A stretch of DNA of 64,000 bases, from NCBI RefSeq assembly GCF_009914755.1, contig NC_060947.1. The stretch is one strand, 5' to 3'. Of this stretch, positions 1 through 21,525 are shown piece after piece (the stretch's first letter is position 1; each line of letters begins with the position of its first letter). The DNA is from the human T2T-CHM13v2.0 reference genome, Homo sapiens. Made by a program: the position numbers and the translations under genes. The notes beneath the pieces are model-generated. The model searched no databases and was not told the origin of the DNA. It worked only from the letters and a program-made list of their open reading frames with translations.

Positions 1-88
1 AAAGGAGGAAAGCTACGTGTGTCAGTCTCTGGCGCTGGTCGGCCCACCAAGCGCTCGCCCCACCCCCACCGTCCCCTCCCGTTTCCAG

Positions 89-167
89 TTTATCTGCAGG
101 GCTGTTGTTTCCAGCAAGACCCAAAGCTAGAAAAGGAGGAGGAAGAAACTGACCCGATCAGTGCCAG
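89..167 (+). other. TCEAL9: TCEAL9 non-coding 5' exon (79 nt)
   Basis: Acceptor ..cccgtttccAG ends at 88; donor CAG|GTAGGT at 167/168; similar to BEX3 exon 20031-20109. Confidence 0.75.
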
Positions 168-690
168 GTAGGTGAGAGGAATATTATAAAGTCTCCTGGG
201 GTGGAGACAAAGGTTGTAAGCGCCACCGTTCCTGCCGGCTCCCTTCCACCCCACCCCTTTCCCCTCTTCTTTTCTCTCCCCCTTCTCCTTTCCCCTCTTC
301 CTCTGCCTGCCAGCCACCTTTCTCTTTTCTGGCCTGGTCCCTGTGTTAGGCCCTATGGGGGAAAAAGGTCTGGGGAGGGCTGGACGGCGGAAAGGAGGGC
401 CTTGGAAAAGGTTAGAGGGAAGGACAAGAGAGAAGTGAGGAGGTGGAAAGTGGAGGTAAAAGGAGTGGGGATAGTGAAGCTCTGATTGCTGACTGGGCTT
501 CTTAGGTGGAAGATATTTTATAACAGCTCTGAATAAAAAAAATTAAATGCTAAGGCCTCTGTCCACAGCACCTGTCCACTCACCAAGTCTTTAACTTACT
601 GTCTTCTTTTTGCTTTCTAGAAGTCATTGTATTCAAAGAAGAATAAGCAAGAAAGAAAAGAAGGAAGGAAGAGAGGTAGACAGATACAAG

Positions 691-1005
691 ATGAAATCCT
701 GTCAAAAAATGGAAGGAAAACCAGAAAATGAGAGTGAACCAAAGCATGAGGAAGAGCCAAAGCCTGAGGAAAAGCCAGAAGAGGAGGAGAAGCTAGAGGA
801 GGAGGCCAAAGCAAAAGGAACTTTTAGAGAAAGGCTGATTCAATCTCTCCAGGAGTTTAAAGAAGATATACACAACAGGCATTTAAGCAATGAAGATATG
901 TTTAGAGAAGTGGATGAAATAGATGAGATAAGGAGAGTCAGAAACAAACTTATAGTGATGCGTTGGAAGGTTAATCGAAACCATCCTTACCCCTATTTAA
1001 TGTAG
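691..1005 (+). CDS. TCEAL9: Transcription elongation factor A-like 9 (WBP5), 104 aa, single coding exon
   Basis: ORF MKSCQKMEGKPENESEPK...RWKVNRNHPYPYLM recognised; acceptor ttttgctttctAG at 619-620 precedes it; Glu/Lys/Pro-rich N-terminus. Confidence 0.96.
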   Translation: MKSCQKMEGKPENESEPKHEEEPKPEEKPEEEEKLEEEAKAKGTFRERLIQSLQEFKEDIHNRHLSNEDMFREVDEIDEIRRVRNKLIVMRWKVNRNHPYPYLM

Positions 1006-1191
1006 TTTACCTTGATTTTTATCTGATATTAACAATACCATATAGCTTGCTTTTTATTAGCATTTCCTGATATTCCTTTGTCCATATTTCTACTTATAAC
1101 CTGTTGCTATTAATGGTTTTAGATGTATCTCTTGTTATCTGCATCTCATTGTTTATTGTATTTTGAACCAATCTACAAGTCTCTGTCTTTT

Positions 1192-1451
1192 AATAAAAGA
1201 ACTTTACACATTTGTAAAAAAGAGGTTCTTGGTAAGATATAAAATGGAAAAAGGCTAAGTAATATGTGAATATCATATTTTTGAAAGGTAAAAAGTACAT
1301 TTGTATATTACATATATGGACATAACTTGTGAAGGATGAAAGAAAGTACAGCCTCTCGGTGGTGGGATTATGAATGATTTTTCTCCTTTTGCTTGTTTGT
1401 ATTTTCTATATTCCTAAAATTAACACACATTATTATTGCTAGAATAATAAA
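1192..1451 (+). terminator. TCEAL9: TCEAL9 polyadenylation signals
   Basis: AATAAA at 1192-1197 and 1446-1451 downstream of the stop codon. Confidence 0.65.
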
Positions 1452-1781
1452 AGTTTTATAAAAAAGAAGCAACAAGCAGCACGTATTAGTTTATTTCTAA
1501 AAGTATTGGGGCATTTAATATTTGTTGACAGAATTTTAGAAGAAATGTGAACTTGAAAGTAACTCCAGACCACTTAGCTAGAATAATAAATTTTACATAT
1601 TTTCTCATCTTTAAAATAAAGAAAATAATCTCACAAGGATCTGGTGAGGGCCAAATAGAGTAATGACTGTGAGCTATGTTTGACAGAGTTTTGTTCCCAT
1701 CCCAACTCCGTAAGAGATTAATTTCAGCGATTTGGAAGGGTGGAGAAAGTAGTTCTTATCTGTGATTAAGAACAAACCCAA

Positions 1782-2210
<429 letters not shown>

Positions 2211-2734
2211 CTACCACTGTGAATGTGCTAGAATTCTCAAGTAGTGAAGCCCAGCATATTTCTTTGGCACCCCCAGTAAGCTTAGTTCCCAGACTGACCT
2301 TTAGAGAAGTTAGGAGATTGCCCATCTCTTCAATTTAGATAGACACTTATGCAGTGCCACATGAGTCATGATGTCTTATAGATATCTTGGCAACTTTGGG
2401 ATTTTAACTTTCTCCCCATAAGGCTCAGACATGATAGGTCCATCTGGGAGTTGGACCAGAAGACAAATCTGAGTAACAGACATTATGTTTTAGTCAGAAT
2501 TGCTGCCCTGGATCTGAAGACTACCATTTTATCTTCCTGACTCCTATTTCCTTAGGACGAATGATTTCTCCCAGAAGACTGGTGGCAGGCCCTCCTCATC
2601 TGTTCAACAGATATCCCTAGACTTGTATAAATTTTGAAGGAAAATTCAAGTCAGATTTTGGAATAATCCCATCCCTGGCTGGAAATATATGAAAGTGCTG
2701 TGTAGGCCTTATTGTATGTCTATATCTACATATC

Positions 2735-2814
<80 letters not shown>
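2735..2814 (+). repeat. Compound tetranucleotide microsatellite (TCTG)10(TCTA)10
   Basis: Read directly. Confidence 0.95.
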
Positions 2815-2826
2815 ATCTTTCTTTCT

Positions 2827-3242
<416 letters not shown>

Positions 3243-4000
3243 TAATGGTTGCTGGTAGGGCTGCAATTCATGTTGGAGTGAGATAAGGTTCCAGGCTCAC
3301 TGCCAGTTTTACAAAACAGGATAAATCCATCCCCTTGGCCCTCAGAGGGGTGGCACTCAGGAAGGATGTGGAAGGGCTCACTCAAGCCACACTCCTGTCT
3401 AGGATAGGCCTGACTTTGGCTTCTCTGCTAGGCACAAGGCCCTCCTCAGCTGATAGCTTGCCTGTCCTGAACAGACATACCTGGAGAAAAACAACTATCC
3501 TTTTTGCAGATCAGAGCACTAGACTTCCTTTCTCCCTTTTTTTCCTTCACAAGGAGGTTTGATAGGACTTTTTTATAAGGAAGAAGATAAGATCTCAAAA
3601 TTCACTAATAGAAACTTTGTCCCAGACATGACTGCTCTGCATGTAATCAGATAACTTATGGTTAAAGTAAAAGAGTCTGGTGGTAGGAGGAAATGATTTT
3701 AGATAGTACACAAATCTTTTAAATTGTGGTGTCCGTGTATTTATTTGAACATGTATGAATGAATACTTTCTGTTTAAAGCAAATGATGATAGTTTAGATT
3801 TAGGGTGGCATTATAAAGTTTGTTTTTCAAAAAAGTATTCAAATAAGTGAGTCAATGTGAAGAAGAACATTAAGTTAGAACACAGTATTAATAGTGTAGG
3901 TGGCACATACTTAAGGCAAAAAAACATCCTGGTGGGAAACATTGCCCCAGCATGGGCATAATAACTTTAGGGATAATAACTGGAAACACCTATCAAGAAC

Positions 4001-4463
4001 TGTGAGGGATTTGAGATTTTACCCTACGTATAAGCTAACAACTTAGCCTACTCTCATTTAATGGATGCTGGCAGAAGACTCTAGACTCCTGGGTCAAAAT
4101 CAAATGACATCATCACAGCAGAAGCAGTAGCCAGAGCTTCATGTTGGTTTGTATTAGTTCCTTATTATTTCCAAGTTTCATGGGGTGGCATAGGACCCGT
4201 GATTGATACCTAAACATGCAGGGCATTGCATTATAGGAAGGAAACCCTGAGTTTGGGGTCTTCAATGCTTTCACAGCAGAAACAAGCCTGCTCTTTGTTC
4301 AGGGGAAGAGGTTATCTTATCGCTCAAGGTTGCTTGTTGCAAACACAACTATGAAAAATGGTCTGCCTGGGTAAAGAACACTCAGGGTCTTAAATTCTTG
4401 GCATACCCAATAAGAATATGCAGGGATGCTCAGGGTTCATGGCAGATTGCCTCTCCCAATAAC
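4001..4463 (-). mobile_element. Old solo LTR (LTR40-like; family uncertain)
   Basis: TG...CA bounded ~460 bp segment resembling LTR consensus. Confidence 0.5.
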
Positions 4464-5844
4464 AGTTTTCTCTGTACAATAAATCTGAATGTGAATAATA
4501 AGCATTTCCTAACACCAAAAGCTCTGGTTTATGATTCCAAATTAAATACAGCACACAATGTATATTGTAGAATATAAACATGGTATCTGTAACTATTTCT
4601 AGTTTTTAGTTAAGTACAGGGGATTTTAAATAAATCCTAAGATTAAAAAAGAGCATCAAGTAAGAAACTAAAGATAAACAATCTTTGAGGAACTTCAAAA
4701 TTACAGTAAGACACAGCTATCATGATACCACAAAATAAAAGAGGTAGGAATGCAAAGCCAATGGATTCTTCAGGACGCTAATAACAAGAGTAATCTCATA
4801 TAAAACTTTTTACTAGGAAACTGACAGGAGAGTGTGTGTTTGAAAATCAGCCCCAGATCCCATCCACACATAATCACCTCAGTCTCTGTAAAAAGCAAAA
4901 GCTAACAGAAAAGCTGGTTTGTTCTCTCTGCAAAGAAAGTTCAAGGTAAGGTAAGAAGGAGGAGGCTAACACACATAACAGTATCCAAAAGCAGTTATTT
5001 GATATTCTGACGTCAGCCTTTTGCAAGACCCTTAGCAAAAACAGCTGCATCACTTGAATAATTTAGTTGGGCATGGAGCATCTTTTCATGTGCTTATTGG
5101 TGATTTGTATTTCACACTTTGAGAAATGTCTATTCAAATCTTTTGTCCACAGTGTAATGTAGGTAGGGAACTATTTAAAGGAATGAAGTAGATCCATATG
5201 TACTACATGTTCATCATGTATTGTTAAAAGAAAAATGAAAAACAGAAGGCACAGAATAATATATACACACATACACATACATACCCATATCCACAAATAT
5301 TCACATATATCAAGATGAAGCCCTTCAGTTTGCTAAAGAGAAGGATTATTTCTTTTTAAGTGGCATTTTGGTATCTCTTATCAGGCCTCCTGCCATCTGG
5401 TTAAGAAATAATTATTTTTTTAAAAAAATTCCCAATCGGTAATTATATTATCCTTGCATTATAATTGCCCAAATAATTATTGGACTTACACAGAGTCTTT
5501 CTTCCCTTCCATGAACTCTGAGTCCTTTTCTAGATGTTATATCATTAACCTATTATTTTATAGAAAAGGAAAGTGAGGCCTGGCCGAGGTTGCCCAGCTA
5601 TTAAATGGAATACTTGCCTAAGGTCAATGTCCTTTTTCCTAATCACTGCTCTGGAATGATTGGTATTTAACAAATAGTAACAATACCACTGTGCTGAGTG
5701 AATTCCTATTGGTTCCTCAAGGCTCCATGCCCTTTCAAGTCCCAGTCCTGGTTTCACATTTATCCCTGCCTGAAACACTGCCTCAATTACCCCTCACACA
5801 CTTAGCCTGGATAACTCCTATTCATCCATCCCAGAATAGATATT

Positions 5845-7410
<1,566 letters not shown>

Positions 7411-7429
7411 TTTTTTAAAAAAATCCCTG

Positions 7430-11120
<3,691 letters not shown>

Positions 11121-11549
11121 TCCTAGACATCATTTTGTTTTTGAAGACTTCACCGGCAACTGCATTAGGTCCTCTTACTCTGTGCTCCAAGTGCCCCTTC
11201 AGCATTTACAGCACTAAATTTATGGTTTCCTCCCATTAATTCATGAACTCCATGAATATGAATGTTATATTTACTTTGTTCTCTTTTATATCTCCAGGGC
11301 CTTGCTTAGCACATGATAGATAATAAATATTTATTGAATTAAATTTTTATTTTTATATTTTTATCAAATGGAAAGAGCTATGTCTTGGGCATCAGAACTC
11401 CTAAATATGGCCCTGAGATTCAGAAGTGGATATGGGCAAGCTGTGCCTAGCACAGAAAAGTGTTCAAACAATATTAAATAAGAAATGGTGAATGAAGAAA
11501 AGAATGAATGAGATTTAGATTGGGGACTTACTAATAAATAAAACTGAGT

Positions 11550-11770
11550 AGTGGTTAAGAACATAAACTTAGGAACTAGACTATATGAGTTTGAATTCTT
11601 GCTCTGTCACTTCCTGTCTGTTGTTTAACTTCACTGTCCTGCAATTCTTTTATTTGTAAAACAGAGAATACTACTAGCACCTACCTCATAGGATCTTTGA
11701 AATGATAAATGAAATAATGAATATACATATACAACAATGCCTTGCATATATCAGCATTTATATGTGTTAT
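11550..11770 (+). mobile_element. MIR SINE
   Basis: gtggttaaga...tttgaattcttgctctgtcact...tgtaaaa...acctacctcatagg MIR core. Confidence 0.7.
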
Positions 11771-11884
11771 TTTATTTTCATCACTATGTATGTGTAAGAA
11801 AACTGGGATAATTCTGTATGTGTTATTTTATAACTCAAATTTTCAAAATACTTAATGCTTTTTTTTCCTTCTCCTTGCCAAAAG

Positions 11885-12040
11885 GAAACCTTTTCCTCGG
11901 AGACGATTTAGAAGATAGAAGTAATGATGGCCAATATCAGAAATGCATCTTTAATCTCAAAGATGAAAACAACCAAATGGAAGAGGATGAGAGAGGGGCA
12001 GGGGCACCAAGTCACCAGGCAAGGTTTCTAAGTGTAAAAT
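11885..12040 (+). pseudogene. Candidate cryptic exon / decayed BEX-like coding fragment
   Basis: Polypyrimidine tract + AAG acceptor (AG 11883-11884), donor AAT|GTAAGC at 12040/12041; ORF 11924-12031 begins MMANI and contains GQGHQ, like BEX3 MANI...GEGHQ. Confidence 0.35.
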
Positions 12041-12789
12041 GTAAGCACAAGATACGTTTATGCTACTACTGCCTGGGTCTCTGAGAGTCATGACAGGAAA
12101 TATAGCCCCTAACTCAGCAGCTGGGGCAGGAGTGTAGTGAGGGAGGAGGAAGAGAGGTAGGAAAAAAAAGGTGTGTGTGAGAGACAGAGATAAAGAGAAA
12201 AAAATGAATATTTATCTTTGGCACTTTAATTAAAGATAGATTAAAATCATCTGTATACCAATACCTAAAATATCAGTTTTAGTAGTATTCTAAAATAATG
12301 TGTTGCTTATCCTCATGTCCACCTAATTTACTGTAGAATACTTGAAAAATGTGGAAAGTCATAAATTGGAAGATTTATGATTTGTACGTATCACCCATCA
12401 CCAAAAGAGCCAAAACTTTGGGTGTTGAGATAGCAGAGACTGAGAACACTAAAGGACAGGCTTATCTGGGTCTGTCAACTAGAGGGTTCACATGTAGCAT
12501 ATCCAACATGGCCATCTCAGGGCTTCAAAAACAAATGTTTCCTGTAAATAGGGGTGAAGCTGTATGGTCTTTTATGATTTGGCCTTGTAACTCACATAGT
12601 ATCAGTTCTACTCTCTTCTACCCTATTGATTGAAACTGTCATAAGCCCTCTTCTAAGATATAAGAGGAGGGACAGAAGACTAAGATTGACAGGTGGCAAT
12701 CATAGATAAAATATTCAAATATTTCCTTAGATGTTTATGCACAATATGTATAATCCTAGAAGGTAAATAAATAAATAAAATAGGCCAAG

Positions 12790-13141
12790 TTCTATGGACT
12801 GAATGTTTGTGTCCCCCCAAACTTCATATGTTGAAGCTTAATACCCAGTGTGATGGTATTTGGAGGTGGAGTCTGTGGAATTAGATCATGAGAGTGGAGC
12901 CCTCATGAATGGGATTAGTGCTCCTATAAGAAGAGACATGAGAGAGTTTGCTTCCCCTCTTTCTGCTTTCCACTATGTGATGTTACAGAGAAAATCACCA
13001 TCTGCAAACCAGAAAGTGGGTCCTCATCAGACATCGGATCTACTGACATCTTGATCTTGCACCAGAACTGTGAGAAGTAAATGTTTGTTGTTTAAACCAC
13101 TCAGCTGCTATTTTGTTATAGCAGCCCAAACTGACTAAGAC
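12790..13141 (+). mobile_element. MaLR solo LTR (MLT1A/MST family)
   Basis: ctatggactgaatgtttgtgtcccc...gcagcccaaactgactaagaca. Confidence 0.8.
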
Positions 13142-13529
13142 ACTAAGAAAACAAGTGAAAAAGAAAAAGATTTCTTTCCTGGGAGTTAGTAGATCTAACA
13201 AAGCTATCTCTACATCTAGTTCTACTACTACCCTCTTGGAAACCTGAGCAAGCCCCTTAATTTTTCTGGGTCTCAGTTTCTCAATTTGAATAATAGGACC
13301 CTTGTACTAAAATATTTCTAAGGTTGTTTTGGTTTTCATAGTACACAATCTGTGAAGGCCTAGTACTTGAGGTCATAAAACCTACCCTATAAATCCAAAA
13401 TTAGGCAAAGGCATAGAAAACACAGCTATAAAATCCACTGTTCTATAAGCCTACTAATCCATTTTTCTGGCCTCACAGTTTATTTTATTATCCTATTTCA
13501 ATGGGCTTGAAGAACATACAATGACCTGG

Positions 13530-13859
13530 GACATAGTCTGTTGGGTATCCAAAGCAGACAATGGCTTGTGACAAAAGTCTGTCTAGGCATGTTGACAGAC
13601 TTCAGTCTTTCTTCCTGAGATATGAGTGTAGTTAATGAAAGCTCAGGGAAGGGACTAGAGATAATTGTTTTCTTCTTTAATGAGTCTGGACTTTAGATAA
13701 ATAAGGGAACTTCAGAAAACAACTTCATCCTGTGCTTTGTGAGAGACAGGATTGAGAGTGAAGAAGTGTGTGGGAAAGGTCAGACGGACCTTGAGGTTCC
13801 TCTTCAGTTCAGCATGTCAAAGCACCATATCTTGGGGTATCAGTTTCTAAGCCCCAACA
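13530..13859 (-). mobile_element. ERV1 LTR fragment (MER34/MER39-like)
   Basis: Reverse complement begins TGTTGGGGCTTAGAAACTGATACCCCAA. Confidence 0.6.
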
Positions 13860-14135
13860 TTATCCAATATAATGGAAGGTCTTTGACAACAGGGCCCTTG
13901 TCTACGCTGTTTCCTCCTGCATCCTTAGTACCTAAAACAGCAATTTGCACATGATAAATGCTCAACTATTATTTGTTAAAATAATAAATTTTTTTATTGG
14001 CCATGTTTGTTTCTTTTGTAAACTACTTATTCATATCCATTGCTCATTTTCCCATTGGTATGTTCATTTTTTTCTTATTAATTTGTAAGAGCTCTTTAAA
14101 TATAATGGATGTTAACTTTCTTTTTCTTTCACATA

Positions 14136-14560
14136 TTGTTGGTTTCCTAGGATGGCTGTAACAAAGTATCACAAACTGGGTGGCTTAAAACAACAAAAAT
14201 GTGTCCTTTCATGGCTCTGGAAGCTAGAATTTCAAAATCAAGGAGTCAGCAGAGCCATGTTTCCTCAGAGACTCTGGGTAGATTCTTTTCTTGCCTCTTC
14301 CTAGCTTTTAGTCATGGTTGTCAACCCTTGGCATTCTTTGGCTTGAAGCTGCATCACTGTAATCTCTGCCTCTGTCCTTGGATTGGTTTTCCTCTTCTTA
14401 TAAGGACACCAGTCATATTGTATTAGGGCCCAGCTTAATGACATCACCTTAATTTGAATATATTTTCAAAGGCTCTGTTTCCAAACAAGGTCACAATCAG
14501 AGGTTATAAGGCTTAGGACTTCAATATATATCTTGGGGGGATACAATTCAACCCATAGCA
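14136..14560 (-). mobile_element. MLT1 MaLR LTR
   Basis: ggctgtaacaaagtatcacaaactgggtggcttaaaacaac...acaattcaacccatagca. Confidence 0.8.
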
Positions 14561-14630
14561 CATATGGTATAAATATATTTCTCCTGTTTCTTCTCTGTCT
14601 TTTAAATTTGTGTGAAAAATCAGGTTCCCT

Positions 14631-15007
<377 letters not shown>

Positions 15008-17979
15008 TCATGAACGTTTATGCATGAGTTTTGTTACTCCTCAAAGTTCATCCCTAAGTCCTGGGAAAAGTAAGAAAGGTGCTCACCTCAGCCTAAAGCT
15101 AGAAGGGCCAAAGGAGTTCTCTTGGCCTACACATAGTCCAGCTAATGTCATCAGTTTAGGAGACTGCATAGGGCAGAGCTCCTTTTCCACCAGAGTCCTA
15201 AACAACAGGAAAGAGTGGCCACGGGTCTCCGGTGTCTCAAGATATTATCTGCAATCCATGAAATAAAGAAAAGAATACCCCTCAGTTCCCCAATAGATAA
15301 TGAGGTGCTGAATATTTGCTGCTTTCACGTTCAGACATCTTAGTCTCATAGCCCTTTTATTTTTTCAGACTAGATCTCTTGAATTAAATATATTATCTCC
15401 CAAATCATTGAAACTCTTACAGTGACACCCTTAAAATTTCATCAGATTCATTCCACATTTTGGAAATCTTGGCATCAAAGTTATAATGGCCATAGCTTAG
15501 AGGAAAGCTGGAGTAGGCATAATTTCCTATATTCTTAACACCTAGTTTCAGTCTGTAATCGGTGCTTAAATTTAGAGAGAAAGAGAGAATCACAATAAAA
15601 AAGTATCAGTAAAGCATCAGAGAGGTACATAGAGAACCTATTCTAGGCAGGAACAGAGATACTCATACCCACAGGGCCCACTAGGGCTCAGACTACCTTC
15701 TCCCAAGCCTAGCATTTACACAGGAGAGATAATGAGAGGAAAACAGGACAATAACCACAGTCCAACCAGGTGCATTTCAGACAAGTACATGTGAGCCATG
15801 TCATGGCAATACACATAAAGATTTCAGCAAAAACGAGCTTCCACTGATGGGATACTAATACAATAGAGGGATCTTCACTAGTTGAGGTCAAATCATGAAA
15901 CAGTTTTATTTTTCCAATAGCTGTATCAGCAGTGTTCTTTCTATCACTCCCTCCCCCACTTCGCACGGGGCAATGGGCTTCTTTAACTACATTTCTGTCC
16001 AGTTCTCCAACTTTTCAGTCACTACTGCTTATTAAAATAGTTTCAGTCAGACTAAAGATTTGGTTCTATTCATTTTCAAATGCCAATCTCACTTTTCATT
16101 CTGAGTCCTCCTGGTGCCTCCAGGGCAGATTAGAATTGAGGCTCCTGGGCTTGAAACATGTGTAAAACGTGTGTGTGGGGATAAGAACCATCTAATCAGT
16201 TCACCTTCTCTCTGCCTTTTGGGACACATGAATCCCAAATGCAGAATATAGTGTCCTTCTAACTTGGCCTTGAAAAAATTTGTTTTTGTTCTCAACAGTG
16301 TGCTGTCTATTTCCAACTCCTCAGAAAACTTCAGGGTCAAGAAAACATCTCAATCAACTCCTATTCACAACATTTTAGTAAAGATAACAGCATTTCCCGG
16401 ATAATTTTCACCTATCTTTAAAACATTACTTTATTACAACTAATCAATATAGCATAATATCCAATCTGAATGTTACAAACAAATGTCTGTTTTCATCCAA
16501 GGAAATTTGATGGTTTTGAACACAGGATTTATCCAAGATGGGTGAAAAGGAAAACAGCAAAGCATTTAGCCACCAAAAGAAATAAAAATCCACTTGCTAA
16601 ACTTCATATCCAATAGTCACATCACAGTGGCTTCTCAGCTTTCAGGAGATTTTTTTCTAGGTAATTCTTAATTTTCATAAAAGCTTTTCCGTATTGCTCT
16701 AAATACAGTCCCCAGAATGAAAAACAACCTATTCGCCTCAGTACTGGATACATTCATTCAACAAGTATTCAGTAATCACCTACTTGGTGCAAGGAACACT
16801 ATTAGTCACTGGGTACACAAAATAGAACACAGCAAGCATGTTTTGGGCCCTCATGGATTTTAAGAACAAGTGGGTCTAGCTAAGGAAAGAATCATACTCT
16901 GCTACTCTTTAAATCATGTTAGAAACCATCGAATAACAATAAAAATAATGTCAACAAAAATTGATGATTTACTAGGCTATGTAGTAAATTATTGTTATGT
17001 GTAATTCTAACAATCCTTGTTTCACAGAGGAAGCACACAGACCTTGATAAGTAATTGATCCAAAGTTGAACATCAAGTAAACAGCTGACTGAATTTGAAG
17101 CCAGACTTGTCTGATACTACTGTTCATGCTTTGAAACTGCATCATTCCAGCTGATATCATTAATATAGCAATCTGTATAAAAAGTTCTTAACTGTGAGAC
17201 AGAATCCAGGAATCACTAACATTTCTTTAAAAGACAAATATTGAGTGTGATTTTATAATTTGATGTTTTGGAGCTATGTACTAATATATCCATATACCTC
17301 TAGAAGAATATATATGTAATTTTATATGGAATACATATCTCCAAAACGTCTAACTACATACACACTGGGCATATACTCTTCCTTTATTCACTGTGTCATC
17401 TGGTTTAGCAGGGTAGGAAATTCTACAGGAGTTTGGGGCCAAAACTAGAGTTAGTAAGCATTTGTCTGGCTTGTCTTGCCTCAGTGCTGCATTTAATGCT
17501 TTTGGTTCCTTATCATAAACAACAGATATCAAATATTTTTTATAACAATGCCACTTTTCTAAAGACATCTCTATTTTCTAGCTGTGATAATTTTTTTAAA
17601 AATGATTTCAAGTTGGAGAAAGGAACATTTGCACTCAGGATAAGGTTCAGTCTCAAGTTAAGTTGTTTCACACACCCCCTGCTTATTTCTAATATATTTT
17701 GAAACATTCGCACCAAAGGGTAGATGGTTTTGAAACTACTTTCTGCATAATATGTACTTAACTTCTGAGCTCATACTAAGAAGATATTTGTAGGGATGGT
17801 TTGAAAGGTTTGGAAAGGAAAGCAGGGAATAAAAGACTCCCTTTCTCTGATGACTGTGATATCAAAAACATCAAAGTTACATAAAATGGTGAAGATCTGA
17901 CGACCAGACTGCTCCCTGAAGATTCACTTTACAGATCATTTCGAAAACACCAACTGTGTTCAGAAAGAGTCCCGCCTTT

Positions 17980-18466
<487 letters not shown>

Positions 18467-18572
18467 AAAAATAAAATTTTAAACGAGCTAGTATGTATCA
18501 AAAGTAATGGCTTGATGTTGTGTGGAGCCCAGAAAAAATATTTTGTGTGGTACAGGTCAACATAAACAATGA

Positions 18573-18940
<368 letters not shown>

Positions 18941-19389
18941 TAATTTATAATTTTCTGAAGCATGCAGATTTTTTAAGGAAATAAAAAGAAATATATACAG
19001 TCCACTCCACTTCCTTGCCCCGCTTTCTGACAAATGCCCTCCTGCCTCCCCACCTTAGCCCTCACTCTAAATTTTCTAGAAGGGTAGGAATTCAGGGGCT
19101 ACGTGGGCATTGATGGCTGTGCACACGCAAGGGGTAGAAGTGGGAGTGCAGCGCAAAGCATGTTGCCAGGTAGAAAAGGAGAGAAAGCAGAAAAGGCCAA
19201 AGCCAAGGCCTGAAGTGAGAGGGGGCAGTGGTGGAGGATGATGCAGACCCTCCCTGGTAACCAGAGGAGGGCAAACTCCAACCGCAGAGCAGTGATGCCA
19301 CTTGTGGGCCCTCAGATTGGAGAGGACCGAGAAGAGTGACAGGGCTGTGCGCTCTGGGGCACCTCATGCAGACGGGAGTAGGGAGGCTG

Positions 19390-20830
<1,441 letters not shown>

Positions 20831-21054
20831 CTCCTGCCATTTATCATGAGATTAATACTGTGATTCCCGCTGTTTTCTTTTTCCTTGCATTTTCCTAATA
20901 TGCCTTTACTGATCCGTTTGCTGTGAACCCTATGTTATTTCCATGTGTCAAGTGGGTCTTGTGTTGCCAGCTTCTATTTGAAGATTGCCTTTGCACTCAG
21001 TGTAAGTTTCTGTCAGCAGTAGTTTCACCCATTTGCATGGAAAAATTTAAAGCT

Positions 21055-21060
21055 AATAAA
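21055..21060 (+). terminator. BEX3: BEX3 polyadenylation signal
   Basis: AATAAA 225 nt after the stop codon. Confidence 0.8.
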
Positions 21061-21193
21061 GCAATTTAAAAAGCAATCTATACATTTATTGTCTCATTAA
21101 AAATGTATACTTACATATAACAGATGAACTAAAAAAAAATCTGAGATTAAATACACTAGAGTGTTAATTGGTGAACATTTCTGTGTGTTAACT

Positions 21194-21525
<332 letters not shown>

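Noticed and set aside
610-690. N-terminal extension of the TCEAL9 ORF (131 aa in track)
   Set aside because: Starts at a TTG in the intronic pyrimidine tract upstream of the acceptor at 620
11965-11995. TKWKR resembling a homeodomain helix-3 end
   Set aside because: No WFQN motif or upstream helices
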